64,000 nucleotides of DNA from Epiperipatus broadwayi (lineage: Eukaryota; Animalia; Onychophora): positions 310,001 to 374,000 of the forward strand of contig JAQFVV010000002.1 in NCBI GenBank assembly GCA_028023455.1, read 5' to 3'. Shown here piece after piece: positions 10,701 through 23,508 of this stretch; positions within the stretch are counted from its first letter, which is position 1; each line of letters starts with the position of its first letter. The notes under the pieces were generated by a model. That model searched no databases. It worked only from the letters and a program-made list of their open reading frames with translations, and had not been told where the DNA came from. The translations under genes and the position numbers were made by a program.

Positions 10701-13319
10701 TTCCAACACGTATAAATATGTCACCACAGATTGAAAAATAACAGATTTAGAGTGATCCAAAGCTTTTGACACATTGCTGCATTGATCCCTACTGAAAGGT
10801 TAAACTGTAGAGTAGCTTCTACCTTGCATTTTACATACTCATGGTAGTTTTCTATATAACTCTGCTAGCCATCTCTTCTGGCCAGCTCCCTGCTACAGCT
10901 ACCAACAAACCAGACAATTCTAACAAAAACTAAAAGCCGATCTGAAAACCAGTTTTTCTAATCTCGTTATCAACTTTTTATAAGAGTCATCTGAGGTGAT
11001 AGAAACATATTTAAAAACTGTTTTCTTCTTATCTCTCTTGATTAAAAACAATTTTAATCCCTCCAAAAGCACTTTTAATTAAAAAGCTACATTTGAAAGT
11101 AACTTTGACATTTTACCAAAGGTGTGATCGACATGTTTTTACTTAGATAGAGAATTGTATACAAGCATTAATTAAAAGATTTCAAAAATAATTCATGCCT
11201 GTTTTTGAATTTCAAAATCAGAATTACAAATAATATTTTCATTATATCTTTTTTTAACTATTTAATTTATAATAATATTCTATTTTAAATTCTGAATTAT
11301 TTAACTCTTTATAGTTGTTATTTTCCAATGACATGTAGAAAATACACATTTTTTATCTGTGTTTACTTGTACTTTTCCTTTTCTTTATATATATTTGTGC
11401 ACACACACTATGTTATTGTGTGCCATATAATAGAATTGCTACTATAAATTAATTTTTGAAAATATAGTATCAATTTAATTATGGGGTTTATCCAATTAAA
11501 AGTTAATTAATATATTACAATGATAACTTTAAAGAAAAATAAGTTATCACATGTTTTAGTTTAGAATATCACACAAAATTTTATATTAAAAAACTAGGAA
11601 ATTTTATATATTAAATTTTGATATACAAGTTTGAATGTAAATAAAATACAATATTTAAATAATTTATAAATTCAAAATCAAACGTTTTTATTACATGTTA
11701 CAAATTGATCCAAGGGATAAATAATATCAACTTATATTATCAACAATCTGAAGCCAGTAATAAAATTAATTTCAGATTAAACATTTTATTAGTCTTTAAT
11801 TAAATTCAAACAAAATCGTATTAAGATTTTGTCATTTGATTTACATAATTAATTGTTAGCATTGATGTTATAGACTATCTTTAGATTTGGACTCCTTGCT
11901 TATTTTATTTGAATTCTATTTGAAGTTTTAAGTTGAAATTTTGTCTCAAAACTCATCTCAATCATGATATTATATAGCCAAATATTTAAAGTGATTATTT
12001 TTTCTTGAATTACCTTCTTTTGTTTTTGATGAAACAAAGTAATTATATAATCTTATAATTATTAAAACAAAACAAAACATTCTATTTAATGATCCTTCAA
12101 AATTTAGTGACTTAACAATTTTGTGCAAATAAATATTTGTTAAAATTTATCAATATTTGAGTACCTTAGTTCCAAATTATTTTACACAAATATTAATCAA
12201 GTCATACATAAGCAATTTAGTATTTTCAGAGTTTATGTATTTCCAATTTTTAGAAATAATTAATATATTCTGTGAAATGCGAAATCATTTTACTTCTTTA
12301 TCCAACAACATTTTTTTCTTTCCTTAATACATTCTAAGTTTCCATTTTTATTGATTTTATACTTTCTAGTGAAAAAATATTCAATTGACATTTTATAGCA
12401 TGTAGAATGAATGAAATCGCAATATTTTTCATCTATAGTTTATTGTATTCACTACATTAAACTTTATGTATAACAACAAATTATTTAATAATGTCTTTTA
12501 AAATTATTATTATAGTCATTTTAATCTTTAAATTTTATATTACTATATGTTAAATAATCTCATATGTCAGTATGTTCGTGTGTGTGTGTGAGAGAGGTAT
12601 TTATTTATTCATTTAGGCACAATATTTGCTCTTGTATATTAAATTCCATTTCTTTATTGTTTATAACTAAAAAAAGTTTTTGATGATACCAATATTTGTA
12701 GATATAAATTAAATGTTCACTATTTCTTTTATAAATCTGTTTTAAAGTTTGAATTGGTTTTTATTTTTATTCGGTTTTTTCCTCAAACTTTTAATTAACT
12801 AAAGTGAAGTGTTATTTGATGAGTATTGTCTGAATTTAAGATATTGTTACAATTTGACATTATCAACAGATATTCATTGTAAAATATCCATTTCAGCAAG
12901 CCATTTTTTTTAGTGATCAATGACTGATGATTCATAAAAAAGTGGGGTTTAACTAACACTCTTAGGCTGTATGTAAATTAGTGCAGCTAGTTGAAAAGAA
13001 AAAGTTGTGACTGGCACATCAGTTGTATGGTCCTACTATGATTGCAAACCAAAAATTGGAAAGATAAATTACACTCTTTTAAAAAAACTGTTTTCTATAT
13101 TTCATAAACACTACAAAACTTTAAAAAGATCTGTTAAAAATTTAATAGCTCTGCCCATTGGTGAATTTTTCATAATTTACCTATGAAAAATCTCCAGAGT
13201 GGATTTTTATATATTTTAACAATAAATTAGCCACTTACAAAAGATCTGATAAGATTTTCAAGTTTCAATCAGTCAATATTTGCATCAGCATTGGATTTGG
13301 ACATTCTATCATCAGATTT

Positions 13320-13590
13320 TCAATGGTATGGATGGCTGAAAAGTTGGAGGTTGGAGTAGATTGAAGCCTTTCCATTAAAGTATAAAGATTTGCTATCTTA
13401 ATATAAACTGAGCACTGATTATATATATATGAGAAATGGTAATCTGGATCAACTGATGAGTGCTGGTTCAGCACAAAATATGTATATTGGTGATTATTTG
13501 TCTTTTCTACATGTGTGTGGTCATGTGTATCAGTAGTATGAGATAGTGTGGATAGTTGAAGGTTGCTTGAAAGTCTGAGTTCAATTCGCT
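13320..13590 (+). mobile_element. PLE pseudo-LTR-like fragment, family B
   Basis: Upstream part aligns with the minus strand of ~27.60-27.77 kb. Downstream part aligns with 15327-15465. Contains an HHR motif. Confidence 0.7.
13448..13491 (+). ncRNA. Degenerate type-I HHR (family B), GAAA mutated to AAAA
   Basis: AUCAA-CUGAUGA-GUGCU-gguuc-AGCAC-AAAA-UAUGUA-UA-UUGGU. Stem II is a perfect 5 bp and stem I is 5 bp. The catalytic G is lost at 13475. Confidence 0.75.
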
Positions 13591-14199
13591 ATATTTGTAA
13601 CTGATTTTGTAAACCATTTATAGTAATTTTTGTTATATAAGTCTTATCTTTTGGCTGTCTTCTGATATATTTTAAAATAAAAATGAAGTTACATCTAAAA
13701 TTTTGTTTGCTATTAGATCAATAGTAATAAAAAGTTAATAAAATCATTATATATACATATATACAATTTATGTTCAGAAAGATTCTTTAGTTATAATCAA
13801 AATGTAATATTTGATTGCTTTTGTTAAAAATTTGCAACTACATATCATTTTGTGTAATTTTAACTTTTGTTTGGCCGTTGGTTATTGATAGATAGTTTAA
13901 AAGAAAATAAGTAAATATTAAGAATTAACTAAAAAGTGTACTTTGATGCAATATATTATTAAAGTGTTTACACATATGCGTGCACATACATGTATATATA
14001 TTCTACAATTTATAATAGATAAATAAAAAATGAATTTTAGTAGACTTTAAATTTAGTGTGTTTTATTTATATGTACATTGAAAATGAGATTTTAATGCTA
14101 GTGTTCATTATCAAATCATGTGAATGTTGTTAAAGAATTTATATTGGTCTAAAATGTGAAAAATCATGAACTTTTTAAAGAATCATTAGCCCATTTAAT

Positions 14200-14370
14200 C
14201 TCAATTACCGTTACCATTTTCAACATGCTTTTCTTCAATAAAACGATTAACAAAGCCAAATTGAATTGAAACAACCCGTGCCTTATCACATAGTCTTAAT
14301 TGTATTTGTTCTACATTCTGATACTGCGCAAATTAAATTAAAGTCCCGCTTTAATCGAAGATGGGTAAGT
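14200..14370 (+). promoter_or_regulatory. CpG-retaining candidate promoter and first exon ending ATG-G|GTAAGT
   Basis: Cluster of CpGs at 14.22-14.59 kb. CGAAG ATG G (14361-14364) is followed by a perfect GTAAGT donor. No downstream exons could be assigned. Confidence 0.4.
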
Positions 14371-15326
14371 CCTTCAAAAGTTTAATTTAGAAATCAGTAA
14401 TTGTTTAGGAAATTACCAATCACTACTTTTTTCTTACTCCTCACTATACTTTGAGTTTCTCATAAAGATTTTATTTTGAATAAGATCAAAGTGCTGAAAT
14501 TAGACGTTTTAAAACAGCCGGTCGTCTTTAGTTATTAATAGTTGATTGGTATAAAAAAGAAGTTAATATTCAGAACTAAACACGCAATTAACCATAAAAA
14601 AAGAGATGTTCACACTTTGTAGATGATTCATTAACAAATTAATAATGATATTTTTAAAACTACTGACTTAAAAAGAAAAAAAATGAAAATCATATTATAA
14701 TAAAAAAATTAAATCACTAATTTTGCTAAATCCATGAATTCCAAAGATATAAAATACAATACATAAAAAATACTGATTAACTGAAGTGGTAACATAGCTT
14801 AAAATTTTTATTAAGTTCGATTTTTTTTTCTTATTCTCAAATCTCTTTTGAACTAATCTTGAACTTTTTACACTTTTTTAAGTTGATTAAATCTGCTCAC
14901 AAAGAGTTGATTAGCAGAAGAAAGTATTATATTTGTACATATTCAGAGGTATAATGATAGGAGGAGGGAGTGTAAAATTGTAGAATTATGTTGATATGAA
15001 ATTATTTCAACAATTTTGAAAATATTTGGAAGTAATTTTATTAGTGACATGTAAAACTTATTCATTATGTTGGAATCCAATCAGATATTGCCTGTTTTGT
15101 AGTAATAAGAGAGAGAGAAAAAAATGTCAAAAAACCTCACTATAACTTTGTATGTATACATTAGCTTGATTGTGTTTTCTATATGTATATTTAAAGCATA
15201 GTTATATATATTGTCTATGAAAAAGTAGAAACAAGAACTAAAGATGACATTTAAACAATCAAAAAATTTAAATGTGTTTTTAGCAATAGAAAAAGTGAGA
15301 TATAGAAAAAGATTTAACCTATAAAT

Positions 15327-15465
15327 CTGATGATTGCTGGTCTAGCATGAAATACGTATATTGGTGATTATTTATCTTTTCAACATATATGTATTCAAGT
15401 GTATCAGTGTTATGAGATAAAGTGGAGAGTGGTGGGTGGTGTGAAAGTCTGTGCTCATATACCCT
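15327..15465 (+). mobile_element. Family-B fragment starting at a degenerate HHR core
   Basis: CUGAUGA-UUGCU-ggucu-AGCAU-GAAA-UACGUA-UA-UUGGUG. The 5' strand of stem I is absent. Downstream sequence aligns with 13490-13590. Confidence 0.72.
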
Positions 15466-15983
15466 ATACATTACATATATAGACACATATATAATAAGCC
15501 TGTGTTTCAGTTATAAATCTTATCGTAAAAGATTTTAACATGGGGATATGTGGGGCGTTTTCAAAACAACTAAAGAAATTATAAAAATAAAATAAAAATT
15601 CAAAAGCCATGAAAAACAACAACTTATTTTGGATAAAAAAAAATAAGGACTATATTGGATAAAAAAAAAGTATCGTGCAGAAATTGCTTTCAGATTAAGA
15701 AAAACTTCATCCATAATTTATTGATACGCAAAAGTGAAATATGATGGATCACAAAAAGTGTCATAAAAAAAATGAAAGCTAGATGAAATAATGATTGAAT
15801 TATTTAATGAGCCAGGAGAGGGATAAGAATTGCTATACAAATCTGGAGAAAAGTAGATGCCTGAGGATTGTGAACGATAAAGGAAGATTAAAATAAAAAA
15901 GAATAGCTTAATTACAAAATAACTTTTTTAATTTCCTGTATCAGAAAACTTGTGCTGAAGATAATAGAAAAATAAATGCTCTC

Positions 15984-16500
15984 TTACAAGAAGCATAAAA
16001 TGATAATTAAACAATAGGTTTTTTTAATGACAGCTAATGGATAAACATTCTTCATGAGAATTTGTTCTCTATAGTTTTTTTTCTTTTTCCAAATCATTGA
16101 TTTCTGAAACAACTTCTTTTTCTCATTTCCATAGTGATAATATAATTCCATGTTTTGTGTGGGTTTTTTTATGATTGGAAGCATATGCTAAATATTTTCT
16201 GAAAACTATAGTTTAATTTTGACATGCATGAGCCTTATTGCAACATCTAAGAATGCCAATTTCTATCCTTGTTCTGATTCTACTGTGAATTTAATTAAAA
16301 GAGATAGGTAACTGATGAATATATTCAGAGTGTTTGTAATAGTACTTTACCATAGTAAAGAAAGGATTTGGAGTGATATGGAGTAATATTTATGACCATA
16401 GTTGTAAGTTCTTGCATGTAAATGCTGCTATCAGGAGTGATAGCTGTGAACCCATAGTCATTGTTGGAAGAATTATTTGTGGTATTGGAATTATGTTGAT
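15984..16500 (-). mobile_element. Penelope-like element RT remnant
   Basis: Minus-strand translation gives MGSQLSLLIA (~16455), KFTVESEQG*KLAFLDVAI (~16292-16236) and IKKPT, matching the PLE RT motifs MGSPLS, KFT.E.E..LPFLD and YRKPT. Confidence 0.75.
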
Positions 16501-16549
16501 GTTAAATAGAAGATTATGTTCTATTATACTATCAAATAGAAAAAAAAAA

Positions 16550-16900
16550 TGTTTTGGTTTGCAAGATATTATGCATATTTAATTTTTACCTTACAATAGA
16601 TAGTGTTTTAACATGTAATATATTTATGAATCAACATTACACATCAAATTTTAAAGAGATAACAAAAAGAATAAAAATAATTATAGTCACTGTAGAGTAT
16701 CCATATATGCCATGGATAACAGACAAAGACAATATCTGTAATTAATACAAAAATAAAAGAGCTTTCCAAAGATATACCACATTATAGAGAATCCTGACCT
16801 ATACAAAACTATAGTGTTATTTCTAAAAGTTGTATGTATTTGAAAAGTTTAAATAATGTTTGAATTTTTCTAAAGATATTTAACAATTAATATTATATAA
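16550..16900 (+). mobile_element. Possible PLE linker region, opposite in orientation to the adjacent RT piece
   Basis: VEYPYMPWITDK resembles the PLE V.LPY..G.SEK linker; heavily decayed. Confidence 0.35.
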
Positions 16901-17202
16901 TGAACAGAGTAATAGATACTTTGTTTTCTTGTTCTTTATTACTATATAAATCTTAATAGAACTCTTTCATGTAGAATATTATCTCTGTTTTTAATAATAG
17001 TTACATATTTTCTTTTTATTGCTGAAACAGTTTTTCTTCCACTATTAAGATGTGTTTTACATGTTATTCATTTCTATAATTTTCTTTGTGAAATATTATA
17101 TTCCTCTTATTATCTTATATTTCTATTATGTATATATAAAATTATAATTAAATAAATCTGCATTTTTTATTACTATAACAAATTGATCAGTTAATAAAAA
17201 TT

Positions 17203-17790
17203 AAAATAGCAGTGCTGGATGTCAGAGGCATTAATTCAATAGCAAAAGTATACCAGTTCAACAAATTATTAGCTTCATACAAACCCAAATACTAGGACAT
17301 CTAGAAACAAAAATCTATAATGGATCACAAATCAATCCAGCCACATACCTAAACAACCATGTTTTTCCACATACTCCAGAGACACATCATCACCTTCAAC
17401 AGACACAGGCATATTTATAACTTCAAAATGCAATTTTTCAACTTTCAAAATTGTTTACATTGACCCACATTTCCTAAACACTACTTTCCAGCATCAAATT
17501 ACCACACTCAACATTATTTTTGTGTATGTACCTTAGGTCCCAGCATAATAGTACACATAATTCCACAATATACTCTCACCTCGCAAACAGCCCCAACGCA
17601 ACAATATTAATAGGTGATTTCAATTTAAGTTATGAAAAATTCAATACAAAATGGTTACATCAATTAAACCTGCCACTCATGTGTTCTCAGGGCTTTGTTG
17701 CTGCAGATTCACTGACATTCTCTAACTAACAGCATGCCACACTTATTGATCTATGCTACTACACATCAATGCTTCATCACTTAATCAACT
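17203..17790 (+). pseudogene. Non-LTR retrotransposon APE endonuclease (L1/Tx1-like ORF2 N-terminus)
   Basis: KIAVLDVRGINS (cf. WNVRGLN), LETK, TILIGDFN, and LTFSN*QHATLIDL (cf. TF...SRID). Confidence 0.85.
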
Positions 17791-17813
17791 TCCAATTCAA
17801 CCCATGTCCATTT

Positions 17814-19410
17814 TCAAACCATGTTGTGCAAACCATTACAATAAATTTTTGTATTGAGTGTTTGTGTGTCTTGTGATTCTTCAGTTTGTGATTCTGTAGT
17901 TATTAACTGTTTTTCAAATAAATTTATGATTATTTCCATTGGACTTGAGACCTCATTTATATAATCAATGATTGGTGAATCAGAGTTATCATCTGCCTTC
18001 ACTTTTTTTGCTAGATTTTTTCTGATAGGTCTCCCAGGCTTTCTCTTACTTTTTGGTTGGATTGAGTTTGCTAGTTTCATTGTTAGCTAGACTTGCTTGG
18101 GGTAGGATTGTCTCCATAATGTCCATGGCTGTCTTATATGCTGTGTGATTTTATTCATTGCACAATCAAATTCTGAAATATAAACATTTGCTTTAGTTGT
18201 GTTATTTTTGTTTGGGTTCTGCTTTCTCTTTCATCATGTTCCCTGATTTGGAGTTTTGTTGCTTTTTCTGTGAACACATTTATAAGGTCTAAATCTGTTA
18301 TCTCTGCTTTTTTGTCATTATTATTTCTTTATGTAGTTTGTTCACTGCTATCCTTGGAAATAGCTATATTTTCTTCTGTTTGCATATTAATGTTGACATT
18401 TTGTTGTTTTTGTGAGTGTGCATTTTGATTTCTGTTTAAATTCTGGTGGTTTGGACATTGTGCAATAACATTTCCCCTTTCTTTACACAAGGAACACTGT
18501 AGTTTCAGGCTTCTAATATATAGAGTGAGCAATACTTCCTGATCCAGGATTTGTGATGGTATATCATAATGGATCAGTATCTGGATGCAGTTTTATTCTG
18601 AACTTATGTTAGTCATGATTGATATTGGGGTCTCTTTCCAGTATACTGTTTTGAACATAATGACCTTGCCAAATGATTCCAGCATTCTTTGGAAAGATTT
18701 GTTTTTTGTATCCCAGGTACCTGTTAAGTATTCCTGAAATGGTATTGTGATTGTTTTATCTATTGTCATCAGTGCAAAGTTATCCAATGATTTGACTTGT
18801 CTTTGAAATCTCTCCCTTTGTGTGATTTCATAAAATTCCAGTATTAGGTACCAGTCATTGGGATGTTCTGAAATCTGTTGTATTGTATCCCAGAATCAAT
18901 TTAATGTTATTGCCTCATACAGCAACTTTTTTGGGAAATCAATTTAATGTTATTGCCTCATACAGCAACTCTTTTGGGAATTTATATAATGAAATGTTGC
19001 TGTCTGTTGCTGACAACACTATGGACTTGGGGAAAAAAATTTCTTGAATTTTGCAAATAGATGCTTTGGTATGGATTTATTGAATAATTCAGTTGTGATG
19101 TTCAATTTTTCTTCATTCCAGACAATTTCTAGTGGGTTTTGACTTTCCTCTTTTCAATTTCTAAATTATTTATGTCACTATTGGTTGGTTTCCTATATCT
19201 GGGATTGATCTTTTGAGAGATGGGTTGCATTGCCTTTTTATCTCTTTGCTGATATATGAATTAAACTGACTTTCAGCTTTTTTGTTAGGATAAATCATTA
19301 TTTTTTTATTTTCCTTTGATCATGTATGCAAATGTCAGTTTGTTTTTTCTTCTTTTTTATGGCTTACATTGCCCCCCCCCCCACCATTCATTAGGTCATG
19401 TAATCTTTGA
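17814..19410 (-). pseudogene. L1/Tx1-like ORF1 (gag-like) remnant
   Basis: IPSQIL..EVLLTLYIRSLKLQCSLCKERGNVIAQCP (degenerate CCHC knuckle) and a basic tail KSKRKPGRP; many stops. Confidence 0.7.
18894..18981. repeat. 43-bp tandem duplication
   Basis: AATCAATTTAATGTTATTGCCTCATACAGCAACT(T/C)TTTTGGGA occurs twice in tandem. Confidence 0.95.
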
Positions 19411-19604
19411 TCCTCCATGCTTGCATTGTTAATTTGTTGAAGTTGGTTTTCAATTTAAAAATTATCAATTAAATTCTGCTTATTTTTTCTGTTAGTTAAT
19501 ATCAATTAATTTAATATTAGAAGTTTTGATGTTATATATGTTTTTTTATTTTGTTTCTGATGGTTTTTATTATTTTTTTAATGGTTTGAATGTGGAACAT
19601 TTTT

Positions 19605-20090
19605 ACCTGATCTGATGTGATGATGTGATGTACTGTAGCTTCTCCTCCAACAGAGTCAAGAATCTCTCAACAATTATGTGCAGAGAAACCTGTTAGCCAC
19701 TTTATCTTCCATTTTCCAGTCTAAGTTTTTCCATATTCTGCTCCATCCCATTTCCACAACATAATCTTTGTCAACTCTATGGGCCTTTATACCTAAATCC
19801 CCCTTATCTTTTCCCAAACCCAGCATAAAAACCAATAATCCACTTTCTGTATAATCACTTTTTTCATATTTATTCTTCCATAACTTCATTATATGTGCCC
19901 TTTCTGTTTTCAAGCATTTACATTCAATTAACAGATGCCTAATATTTTCTATTTCTTCCTTACATATTTTACAGACTAAATCACCCATATTTTTCCACTT
20001 ATATGTATATTCTCTTGTTGCTAAAGATCCCGTTCGCAGGGACCTGGAAGCGCCCTCCGTGATCAAAAGAAGAAATAACCATCTGGTACA
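19605..20090 (-). mobile_element. 3' end of a LINE (ORF2 C-terminal zinc finger), 5'-truncated
   Basis: Open 130-aa frame with LRTGSLATREY and CKICKEEIENIRHLLIEC (C-x2-C-x8-H-x4-C). CpGs are retained. Ends in a CATCA-like repetitive tail. Confidence 0.8.
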
Positions 20091-21024
20091 ATTTGTAATA
20101 TTAAGAATATATAAATTTATTCACAAATTAATTTTTTTTTAAATTATTTTAAAAACTTGTAAACAATCCTCACTTTCTTGGAATTAGTGTTTAATTCATT
20201 GGTCAGATAAAAAATTGATCACTTTCGTCTGACCACCAGATTCTCAAATGGTAAATAAACTAAGCTTTAATACTCAAAAATGTGCTATCCAAGGTCTAAA
20301 GCGCCCTCTATTATTATTATTATTATAAAAATTTGATTATTGCCATTTAGTATAGCAAAAATCTATGACATATAATTTATATGATAACATTATTATTTAA
20401 GGCCACATATATGTGTAGAAGAATATATTATAAGGATTTAGTACATGAAACTTTTGTTCAATGTTATGTGAGAAAATAGTATAGATAACAGTAAATATTA
20501 AATAATATAACATCCATATTAATGATAAAGATAAGACTGATACAGTTGTTTGTAGAAGATAAAGACTAAATAAAACATAATAAATTATTATCCTTATAAT
20601 TATTCACTTTATGCTTATTTTAAACAATCCTTTTTAAAAACATTTAAATTATGTAACAACAAGTAGTGATCCAGTTACTTATATTAAGATATAAAAACTA
20701 TACCTGAAGTTAAAATTTAATTTGATATTCAAAAGTATCCAAGAGAGTGTTCTATTACATATTCATTGATCTATTATTACTATTTATTTATTTTATATTA
20801 TTTATTATTTTAATGTAAATAAGACATATTTTTTATATTTATTTAAACTAATTTGACTTTCTCATTTTGTTCATTTATATCATTATACATTTTGAAAAAT
20901 TTGTGGTATATTTTCTATTTATTAAAATTTTGAACTTATTGTTATTATTGAGAGCATTCAAATAAAATAAATGGCCAATGAAGAAAGGTATTGCTATTTT
21001 AGTTTTCATATATTATTATTTATA

Positions 21025-22882
21025 AAATTTCTACTGAGACTAGAGAATTTATGAAGAAAGAAGAAATATGAAGATATACAAAAATGATGCATTTAAAAGG
21101 ATTGAATATCTCAAATTTTGTAAAATGGTGCAGAAAAGAGTTGGTAATGATATAAGAAAGTATAATTGTGAACTAGCAAGGAAAGCTGTAGAAGAGAATA
21201 AAAGTCTCAAGAATGTAAAAGAACATTTTGGTATTGGTAGTGAATTTATATCTGCAATAAGAAAAAAGATGAAACTATTACTAAAAAGGAAAATGTCATC
21301 ATGAAATGGGTAGAAGTCTTCTATCAAGAATTATATAGTAATAAAGAACACGTATCTCCTACATCTATTATATCTTCAGAATTGCCCAGAATTTTAAATG
21401 AAAAGGTGAGACATGCAATTAAATTTATGAAGAAAGGAAAAACCCCAGGTAATGACGGAATTATAATTGTTGTATTAAAAGAAGCAGGTAAAGAAATAGA
21501 ATTTTTTTTTTAGCAAAGTTATATACCAAATGTCTAAATGATAAAGATGTACCAGATGATTGGAAGAATGCAGTTTTTATATAAATATTTTAAAAAGGTG
21601 AGGAAGAAGATATTAGAAATTACAGATCTATCAGTCTTTTATCAGTTTTATACAAAATTTTTACCAAGATACTTACAACTCATCTACAAAGAACATTGGA
21701 TTTTCACCAACCAAGAGAACAAGCTGGATTTAAAGGTAGTTTTAGTACAGTAGATCATATCCAAGTATTGAGAGAAGTTATGGAAAGGACCAATGAATAT
21801 GAGTTGCTATTATGCTTTGGATTTGTAGATTATGAAAAGGCATTTGATTATGCCTTTTCATAATCAACTATAAGCATTTCTTCAGTGATTAAAGAATTGG
21901 ATCATCAAAGCATAGACCAAAGATATTGTCATATTCTGACAAATATTTATAAAAATTATAACAGCAACAATTAGATTACATAATGATACTAGGAAATTCA
22001 ACATTGAAAAGGGTGTAAGACAGGGTGACTCCCTATCTCCAAAACCTTTTACAGCAGTGCTACAAGAAGTATTTTGTGGATTAAAATGGGAAGCTAAAGG
22101 AGTAAAAGTAAATGGAGATTATTTAAGTCATTTAGATTTTGGAGATGATGTAGGTGTTTTTGAAAATAATGCTTTAGAGCTTCAAAAAATATTGTAGGAG
22201 TTATCAGATGAAAGTAAGAAAGTAAGACTAAAGATAAATGTTAAAAAAACTAAAGTAATGTTCAATGGATTTCCTCAAAAGATGAAAATACAGATTGATT
22301 ATAATGAGTTAGAAGAAGTTAACAACTACAAATACCTTAGTCAGATTATTACTACAGATGGAAACATAATGAATAAAATTAATTATAGAATTAAACTTGA
22401 TTGGAGTGCTTTTGGTAAAAATAACTTAATACTAAAAGAAATCTGTCTATGTGTTTGAAAAAGGTTGCCAGTTCTTGCATGTGGATCTGAAACTTGGACT
22501 CTTAATAGAAGAGCAATGCAGAGACTTCAGACCACTCAAAGAATATGGAGAGATGCATTTTAGGAGTAACAAGAAGAGATCAAAAATTCAATATGTGGCT
22601 AAGAGAACAAATAGATGTTACTGACCTCATTAAAACAATTAAAAGACTGGAGTCAAACTAAATATATTTCTAGAAGAGATGATAATAGATGGACAATTGA
22701 AATCTTAAACTGGATTCCAAGAGATTGTAAAAGACCCAGAAAGAGATCACATGTGAGATGGATGGATAAAATAAGAAAGTGTTCAGGGGTGATGTGGAGA
22801 AGAGAAGCTAATGTTTGGAAAAGATGAATTGAACTTGAAGAGACCTTCATCCTGCAGTGGATTGATAATGGTTGATGATGAT
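21025..22882 (+). mobile_element. RTE-clade LINE, 5'-truncated, frameshifted RT
   Basis: KGKTPGNDGI, FVDYEKAFD, KGVRQGDSLSPK, GDDV, LKINVKKTK, YKYLSQ, GSETW and WIPRDCKRPR..RW, followed by the typical RTE 3' end CCTGCAGTGG...TGATGATGAT. Confidence 0.93.
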
Positions 22883-23508
22883 TATTTATGAGGTAGATAG
22901 CAAGTATAATGCATATAATGAAGATATATTTATTCACCTAAGTTTTATTGTTAAATCAATATTTAAAAATTATGTGAATATTTAGTTATTAAATATATAA
23001 TTGGTTATAATAAAGTGCCTTTTGTTTTTCAGCTATATATTAATATATTTGTTATTTGTTTAATTTAATATTTTAAAACCTTGAGAGTCTCTTACATTCT
23101 ATTTTAGACCATTATAATGTGTGTGTATATATATATAAGTGTAATAATATTCAAGGCTAAATGGTTGGAAGTAATCATTAAAAACCAATTAACTCTTTAT
23201 TTATTTATTTATTATTAATGAAGTTTGTCTTGACAACAGTTTGAAATTGTTGATTGTTATTGATATTGGAATTGTCTAACTGTTCACTGGTTTTAGTGAT
23301 ATATATATATATATATAGCCGTAACTCAGATGAATCAAATATATACAAATATGTAACAGTAAATTTTGATTTCAAATAAATATGTATATTTGATGAAAGT
23401 TGAATGGTTAATAGAATTCAAATAAAAATCATTTAATTTAAATATGTGTGTGTGTGTGTGTAATGATATTCTCATTTGATATCTGTATTTCTTCGAAGTT
23501 TTATAAGT

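Noticed and set aside
20299-20311. CTCF-like GCGCCCTCTA motif, with AAGCGCCCTC repeated at 20048
   Set aside because: Only a partial motif; the other copy lies within LINE coding sequence; chance is plausible.
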